Below, in pieces: positions 55,613 to 64,000 of a stretch of 64,000 bases of DNA. The first letter of the stretch is position 1. Each line of letters starts with the position of its first letter. The notes beneath the pieces were generated by a model. The model made no database searches. It worked only from the letters and a program-made list of their open reading frames with translations, and had not been told where the DNA came from. The stretch is from the human T2T-CHM13v2.0 reference genome, Homo sapiens. The position numbers were made by a program, and so were the translations under genes. The DNA lies in assembly GCF_009914755.1 (NCBI RefSeq), contig NC_060947.1, one strand, 5' to 3'.

Positions 55613-57345
55613 TCATGGAACCAGCAATGGGCATCCAACAATGACACATTCAGACCAGTTCCAGTCCACCAACCTGGCTCTAGCTGCAAGTCTTTTCACC
55701 CAGGTGAAAATGCATTTGTAGTAGTTCTGCTCCTGCCCCAGGCCTGTGAAAGGGGAGAATACAATTTCAGCATCTACTACTGAGGTGCTTTCCACAATTC
55801 TGGCTGTGGAGGCCCCAATCCACTTCAGAACAAGCACTCTAATCTCTGGCCCAAGACTAAAATGCTTACATGGCCACACTGCTGGGTCATTAAAGAATGT
55901 CTGGTTTTGTATGCACTTAGATTAAAAATGTCATCCTCTCCTTGGTCCTGGGTCTGGGAAAATGCCTTTAGCATTTCCCAGTGTCTTTCCCTCTCAGCAT
56001 CTCCAAGCCTCTCCCCAGGTTAGCTCTGGGGCTAGGAAAAAAATAAAGTGCTTTCCATCTTCCTACGTTGCTCAGATCACCAGTGGAAAGGAGAGTCACA
56101 GAAGGAGGCTCTCTGCTTCTCTCACATACTGGGGCTTCACTCAGAATTATCAGCCAGACACTGTCATGGGGGCTGTTTTATTTTACATTCTGTTTCTCAG
56201 TATCTGGTGTGTACTACACATCCAGTGAACTCCCACTTTCCTTTTTGAATTAAAGCCAACAGAGTTCATCTTTATGCACTATTTTGTTATTTCCCAGTGG
56301 CCAAGGCATCCTAAAAGCCTCTAATCCACCATCTTGGAAAAATAAACTTATTTTTAAAAAGACCATTCTTGCACCAGCCTGAACAGTGAATCAGGAAGGG
56401 TTAAAATGGAGAAGCAGAAGAAACAAGAGGCTTTTACAGTAATTCAGGTCAGACATAATGTTAGCCTTGACTACAATTAGGACAGTAACGTGGACAGATG
56501 TAGACAAATTCAAAATACATTTTTGAGGCAGAGTTGAAAATCTTTGCTGATGAATTAAATGTTTTCTTCGTTTTGTGCTTGGGAAAACCAATAAATGGGA
56601 ATGCTATTATCCTATTTATTGCTAACATATATAGAGAACTCTAAAGAGGAATACTTTTTTTCTGAGTAAATGTGGGATAAGAGAGGTCATGAATTCACTT
56701 TTATGCAACACTTATTTTAAAAGAGATGAATTTACTTTTTAATAGTTGTGTTTGAAGTGCATATATGTTGAGTATGTGATTGAGGTCTGAAACTCACATA
56801 TAGATTCTGGAATCCATCAATATCTGTTATTAAAAATGATAAGAAAGTATAGGATAATCTGGGGGAATTGTGTTGATTGAGAAGAATAATGAGACAAGGA
56901 AAGAATCCTAGGAAACACCAATATTTATTGACAAGGCAGGCTAAGAAACACCTGTAAAGGAGACAAAGCAAAATAGTTTGAAAGGTATGAGAAAGAGCAG
57001 TGGAGCCCGTAAAAGAATGTATGAGTTCATCAAATGAGAATCAGGGCTAACAACCAAGTTTTTAACTTTCACCATGTTTAAGGGAAGATTCCTAGAGAAC
57101 TTATTCTCCACCCAAGCTTTGAAAATTAGTGTAGAAAATAGCAGAAAAAGGCCTGAGGGATCTTCTTATAACCTTAAAAAGCTTAAGAAGTCATTATTGA
57201 CCTAACTCTATGGAGGTTCCATTTGTTGCATGATATCATAAGGTGAGATATTTGCTAATCAAACAGAGGATTTTTTTACACCTTCTCCATTTAAAAATAT
57301 TCTCAATATTATCTGGATTTTTTTGCCTGGCAAAAAATGTTTCAT

Positions 57346-57686
57346 TTTTTATGGCTGCATAATATTTAATGGTGTATGTATACCACATTTTATTTATCCA
57401 GTCAACTGTTGGATGACATTGAGGTTGGATCTATGACTTTGCTATTGTGAATAGTGCTGCAATAAATATCTGAGTGCAGGTGTCTTTTTATATAATGTGA
57501 CACTGGAAACTCCAAAATGGGGGAGAGTGGAAGAGGAGTGTGAGCTGCAAATTACCTATTGGGTATAATGTCGAATATTTGGATGATGTGTACACTAGCC
57601 CAATCCACATATTATGCATGTTATGCCCATTTAACAAACGAGCACATATGCCCCTTGAATCTATAATAAAATGAGAAAGAAAAAAT
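57346..57686 (+). mobile_element. Short old L1 (L1PB/L1MA-like) with a 5' inversion
   Basis: Antisense ORF2 end 57346-~57497 followed by sense 3'UTR and tail; TSD atgtttcat at 57337-57345 and 57687-57695. Confidence 0.8.
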
Positions 57687-57709
57687 ATGTTTCATATTCA
57701 ATTTCATAA

Positions 57710-59600
57710 GTACACAAAACTATTTATTTGGCACATGCTTACTACATTTCAGACAAAGTACCTGCATTTTTAGAAGCTGAAATCTACTGAGAGGCAGATA
57801 AACAAATAACTATGGTATTGTGACCAATTCTGTAACCTTGATAGGTACAACATACTATTGAAACCCAGATAAGGAAACAATTATATCTGACTTCATTGGA
57901 ATTTGGTGAGAATAGATTATTTAAGAAAACTGATATATGAATTGAAATTCGACAAATGAGTAATAGTTTGCCAGACAAACAAGAAGTGGATAGAAAGAGT
58001 ATTACAGGAAGAGTATACATCTGATCAAGAATAAATCAACATGAATGGACCTTGAATTAAAAAAAATGGAAAGCAATCCAATGTCGCTAAATACATGAAA
58101 GAAAATGATTGATAGTAAAAAGAAAGGGTAAAACAGTTTTTTTTTGGAATGCTCTGGACTTAGTTTTAATGGCAAAGGAAAAACAATGACTCATTTTAAG
58201 CAAGAGAGTTACATTGTCAGATTTGCACGTTAGAGAGATAATTTGAGTTGCAGCCTGGAAAATTAATTGGGTAATTCAAGGCTAGAGGCAATCGGATCTG
58301 CTCAGGTGCAGTTGAAGCAATCCAGATGAGAAAGAATGGTAGTCAGGACTATGACACAGGTGGGAAGTGTAAAGAGGAAAATCAGATACAGGAGAACTTT
58401 GAGAAAGAATTAAAAGGACTTGACTATCTTTGACATTTTTCTTCCCTTACTTTAACTAAGAGGTTTCTTGCTTGATATACTGTATAAAATATAATGCCCT
58501 TATTAAAAATATGTCTAAACAAGAAATACATATGAGATTCAGCATGGGGATAGAGTGAGAGACTGACTGAGCAGAAATAAATAATGAACTTGGTTTCATA
58601 CAATGTTGAGTTTGAAGTTTTGCTCCTACTCAATTCAGTTTTTTATACAGCTTACATAGTGAACATGTTACTTCTTTGCTTAAAATCCTTCTGTTAGTCC
58701 CCAGCACTTAAGTATTAAGCAATAACTAACAATGGCTTATTAAGGCTTTTCATAATTGGAACTGCCTTTTGACAATTATATTTTATCACTTCTCGCTGCC
58801 TACTCTCCATTATAGCCACATAGAACTATGCAGTTCTAAAATTCTATACTCTCTCCAGCCACTAGATCTTTGTATATATTGTGCCCTCTGTCTGAAACAT
58901 TCCTCCCTGACTCTTCAGCTAACTTCCACTTATTATTTTGGGCTCATCTTAGACATTACTTTTTCTCTAATTTGACTGGGTACTTGTTTCTAGCTACTTC
59001 TATCCTGAAAGTGCAATGAGGTAAGAAAATTTGTCAATTTCATTACTTGTTATATCCCTTGTACCAGTACATTCCTTAAGGTATAACAGATGCTGAATAA
59101 ATAATCGGTAAATAAATGAGGTTCCTGCCAATCACCTGGGTAGAAAGGGCCTATAATCAACTATATATGCAGATCTTCATTGCAGAAGATAAAGTTATTT
59201 ATTTATTTTTGTTATACATGTACTAGTTAAAGTTTTCAGAATAGACATGATTCAGGGAGGCTACTAGATTGAGAAAAGATATGGCCTAGTAGACCTCCGA
59301 GGAACACCAACATTTTAAAAATGATTAACCATGGGAAGAGACACGGGGAGAATGGCCAGAAAAGTGTGAGGAGAGAATAGTGTCTCAGAAATGAAGGTAG
59401 GAAAGACTTTTAGTAAGATCAACAGTTAAAGAGTTTGGCAACAAGAATTAGTCAGGAAGAACTGACAAGATGCTATTTGCTTGGTTAATCTATAAAGTAA
59501 TGCGAAAAAAAGCCAGAATACAAAGATTTCTGGAGTCAATGGAGTATAAAAGGAAGAGGCAATAAATATTGACGAGTCTTTTAGCAAAGTAAAGAGTATG
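57710..59600. mobile_element. Cluster of L2 fragments in both orientations
   Basis: 'ttttaagcaagagagttacattgtcagatttg' (minus); plus-strand piece ending 'tgctgaataaataatcggtaaataaatga' near 59120. Confidence 0.6.
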
Positions 59601-61272
59601 AGGAAGGTGAGGACAGTATCAATTTCAGAGCCTTCAGGGTTTTATAATCAAATACTATGAATTTAGTTTACAATAAGACCTGTTTGGTATTTGACAGTTT
59701 CTTTTTGTTCCCTTATTTTCTCATTTTAAAAATGTAGATGGACTCACATAACTTTAAAACTTATATTTAGAGCTCATTTAATTCAACTCCCTCACTTATG
59801 GAAAAGCAAATTTAGGCTTAGAGGGATAAAGATGCTTCCCCAAAACCCCATAGCCATCCAGTGGGCAATACATTTCTACACAAGAATAATTTCTCTTGAT
59901 TTCTAGTCTTATGATCTTTCCAATATGACATACTCTTCTGTACTTTTTTAGCGTTATTTAATCTGTTAACATATCTTTCACTTATATTGTTATTTCGGAT
60001 ATTTTAAAAGCATATTTTAAATGATCCTTGTTTTCAAATATGTATGTTCCTACAGCTTGTTGTTATGAGGTGCCGTTGAGTAAAATCCAACAAATATTGG
60101 AATTTGAGCTTAGCAAAAGAAAGTGATTTATCAATCCTTGTTTTCCAGTATGTATGCATTTCTATGCACTGTCAGTCACATAAACATGCTCAAAGCTGCT
60201 AACTAGCTAAATAAAATAAATATGCTCAAAAACTTTTTGTTTTGCATTCTAATGAATATTTAAATATTTTGTACGTACTGGATTGTGTGTTGAAAATATT
60301 TTAGTTAATGCTCTTTAAAAACTCTACACCTAAAATTCTAATTGTAGAATTTTACATTATTATTTTATACATTTTTTCTTTTGTGAGTATTATAACTTTA
60401 CACCGAAATAAAAACATAATTCATAGTGACTTACTTAATATAGCCTAAGTATTCAATTGTACCTCTAAAATATGCTTTTAACATTCGGTCCCCCCAAAGC
60501 AATATGCTGTCTATCTTACTTCATGCTTTCTTGATTATATTCAGATTCAAATACCTTCTAGATAACTAGATTTCCCACATAAAATAAATCTTTATGATTC
60601 CTCTGATACTGTCAATAATGGCAGGAAAATTGTCCCTTAGGAAACCCTGGAATCCATTTATCTCAACAAATAAAAAAATCTTACTGGAAAGAAAAAAAAA
60701 CCCTATCACATCGTTAAAAAACTGTGTCTTCTAATGGTTGTTTCTAATGTCTAGAATGAAGTAAATTTTGAAAACACCTAAAACAAATACTTTTTTAATT
60801 GGCTAGTTATTTCAAACACTGTTTTACCACATCCAGGTCTAACATCACAAATACTATAAAAATATGAGAATGGTGATCTGTTAGATATCATTGACACTGA
60901 CTACGTTAGAATATTTGGCCAATAATCAACAATAAACAATATAATTTCTAATGTATTTTGTTTTATAAGTTTGGGCCAATTAACAGTTAAAGGCTATTTT
61001 GGAGCTTATACTATTTGATTTATTGGAGTTGTTTAATATTTATATTGGGAAAATAAATTGTATGCTTGCTTACTTTTTGTTTAACCCCACATAACTACAA
61101 AATCTATAGTAATGTGATTCAGTGAATAGCTATTTGCTTAGGATTTATCTTACATTAGCTATAACCATTGTGGCTTTACATTTTCATTATTTCTCCTTTA
61201 TTTTTCTGTATGTTTTTTATTTCTCTTTTCTCTTTTCTTTTTCTTATTTTTTCTTCTTGGAGAGAAGGGAGC

Positions 61273-63475
61273 TGTGATTAATGCTAGGTGTCAACTTGAC
61301 TATGAAGTAAGGAATACCTAGAGAATTGGTGAAACATTACTTCTGGGTGTGTCTGTGAAAGTGTTTTTAGAGGAAACTGTTGTGTAAGCTGGTGGACTAT
61401 GTGGGGAAAATCTGCCTTCAATGTGGGCAGGCACTACCCAATAGACTGGGAGACAGAATAGAACAATAAAGGAGGGAAAATGATGATCTCTTTCTTCTCT
61501 TGAAGCTGGGACACTCTCTTCCTTCTGTCTTTGGACATCAAAACTCCAGACTCTTTGGCTTGTGGCTGTAAGACTATACTAGAAGTCCTCCGGATACTCA
61601 GGCCTTTGGCCTCAGATTGAGAATTACATCATTGACTCCCCTGGTTGTGAGGCTTTCAAACTTGGACTGAGCTATGTTACTGGCACCCCAGGGTCTATAA
61701 TCTACAGATAGCCTTCCTGGAATTTCTCAGCCTCCATAATTGCATGACTCAATTCCCTTAATAAATCTTCTATCTATCTATCTATGGTTCTGAATAAAAC
61801 ATAATATTAAGAATGTTTTCTTAGTTTTTGGGTTTCAGCAACTGGCTTTCTAATCTGATTAGGCCTAAAAATTCCAAGGACTTCTAATAGTACTATGTAC
61901 TTTTAATAGTACAGAGAACACTGATAGAGCATGGTATGAACTGGTTATAGAAATTCACAAAATATCTGCATTTGATACTCCTAATCAATCACATATAGAG
62001 AAAAAGAATTTGGTGACTCTGTGTGATACCTTCAAGAATTTGTGAAAAATCAAAGAATATATAACATTATTTTGTTGCTTCTAATGTTGCTGGATAAAGT
62101 GATGAATGGAAAGTATGAGCTCAGAGATTCTAATTTAATGCTCCAGCTCTGCATAAATAATGTTAAGAGCTTCCAAGTATGTTCTGAGCCAGAATCTTTT
62201 CTCCTGTAGCCACAAGATTAAAGTTGCTAAAAATTAAACATAAGCCTTTACCAAACTATTGGCTGAAGTAGAACAAAAGTTAACCCCATAAGGTGTCTAC
62301 TGTTAAAGTGAGGAAATTGGTTGGGAAATAATGAAATCCTGTAAATTGGGTTGTGAACATGTGGAAAGACCCTGATGAGACTAGGGACATGACACTCCTA
62401 AGTTCTGATGAGTCTTGTTTTCCAGCAGTTGTGGCCTCCCTCTCCCCATCGCAAGCTGCAGTGCCATCCTCACCCAAAGTGACCACTGGCTTTTGCACAG
62501 CTGTCTGAGGCAATTAACTCCGCATCGCCTAAGAGATGTTAATGACTTTCCCTGAGGCAGTTACCAATTAAGACAAAGCTGATTCTCCTCACGACCCACC
62601 TTCATCACCCCTCTTTGCTTCTAGGCCTATAACTAGACTTAAGTCCCAGCAGTCCTCTACAGGTGAGGGACAACGTCTTACTCATGAAGAGGTGTACTAC
62701 ACTCCAAGATAACAACTTTAGTTTTTTAATTTGTACAAGCAGAAAGCCAGAGAATATGTGTGAAAATGGATATTAATGGTTTGATACAATGGTGAAAGGA
62801 ACATAAAGTTGAATCTCACCAAATTTGTTGATACGGACCCATTAAGCAGATATTCTGTATTTAATTTTGTAGCTCAAGGAGTTAGAAAAGGTGCTAACAG
62901 TTTGTTTTTTTGGTTGGCTAAAACATGGATTAAAAGATGGCTGAAAATGAGCAAGTCAGAGGTGCCTGATTTCCTTTGGTCTAATGTAGAAGGAATTCAA
63001 AGACATAGGTAGATTGAAATTCTAGAGTAAATTTGTCACTTGAAACATACCCACAATGGAAATGTCCAGAGGACATAGCTTTCACTAATGCTTTGAGAAG
63101 TAGGTTTGTGAGGGGATCCCCAGCATCCCTAAAGAGCTCCATGATTGCTTTTCTCTGTAGCCCAGACTTTACAGTAGAAATCACAGTCATTCAATAGATA
63201 AATGCAATAAAGATAATTGAATCCCAGGTTGACAGAGGCCAATTGGTGGCACTCATATGTTGAAGGCAAGGTGGGCATAGTTATTGTAGTGGAAAACAGA
63301 AGCAAATCAACAATCAGAATAGTTTGACTCATGGAGATACACAGTGATGGCTAGTTAACCATGGCATTCTTAGAAGTGAAATAGATATGAATCTTAGTAA
63401 ATTCTTACTTGATCTGTATAAGTAGAAAATTTTCAGATCAATTGAACAAAAGTCTGACTTAAACCATTAAAACTG
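61273..63475 (+). mobile_element. MLT2B-like LTR (to ~61790) followed by a degraded ERVL gag region
   Basis: 'tgtcaacttgact..ctgggtgtgtctgtga' LTR; gag remnant 'FNFVAQGVRKGANSLFFWLAKTWIKRW' (62809-63012). Confidence 0.85.
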
Positions 63476-64000
63476 AGCCCTTTGCAGGACCTCCCAACTG
63501 GGGACTCCAGCTGCTCTCACTGGTGTTCTCTGGCTGACAAAGCTTTCAAACCTCTCTGAGATGGAGCTCCCAGAGGGAGGGGTGGACCATCATCTTTGCT
63601 ATTTGGGCAATTTAGCTGTTCTGCCCTTCAGGCTTTGAAGAGTCCAAAATGATCAGGAGCTGCAGCGGATCCCCACCACAGCAAAGTTGCTCTATAAAAA
63701 TGTGGCCAGGCTGTTTTTTTAAGCAGATCACCAATCCCATTCCCCCTCACCAGGGGAGAACTCCCAACCCAGGTCTCCAGCCACCTCTTATAGATGAGTT
63801 TGGGCCAGCAACAGGTGCATACCTCCCTGGGACAGAGCTTCCAGAGGGAGAAGCAGACTGCCATATTTGCTGTTTTACAGGCTTCACTGTTGATACCTCC
63901 AGGTACTGAAAAACCCAAGGTGAGGAGAGACTGGAGAGGACTCCTAGAATATGGCATCAGCTCTATGGAAAAATTGCCGAATTCTCTGCACTGGGAAGGC
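63476..64000 (+). mobile_element. Old L1PA 5'UTR-like sequence running off the window
   Basis: Repeated 'ggagct(c/t)ccagagggag..ccat..tttgct' modules typical of older L1PA 5'UTRs. Confidence 0.65.

Overview
This is primate, human-like genomic DNA. It is AT-rich and made almost entirely of nested retroelement debris: L1, L2, Alu, MaLR, ERV1 and ERVL. I find no intact host protein-coding gene, RNA gene or CRISPR array, and nearly all listed ORFs are L1 or ERV fragments or noise. Four structures stand out. (1) A complete THE1D-like MaLR provirus (23738-33457) sits in an old L1 and itself carries an Alu, an env-retaining HERV-H/LTR7 provirus (24755-31157) and a MER50-like solo LTR. (2) An L1-mobilised HERV-W processed pseudogene (42389-45916) has its target-site duplication (TSD) interrupted by an inverted ~245-bp copy of its own pol. 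It lies inside a tail-less L1 fragment. (3) A full-length old L1PA (46984-56339) carries a PRPF4B retrocopy whose poly(A) junction was later hit by a 5'-inverted young L1. (4) An MLT2/ERVL remnant lies near the end. I see no new gene system. The most unusual signals are mechanistic fossils of retrotransposition. Subfamily names come from recalled consensus features and need RepeatMasker/Dfam confirmation.
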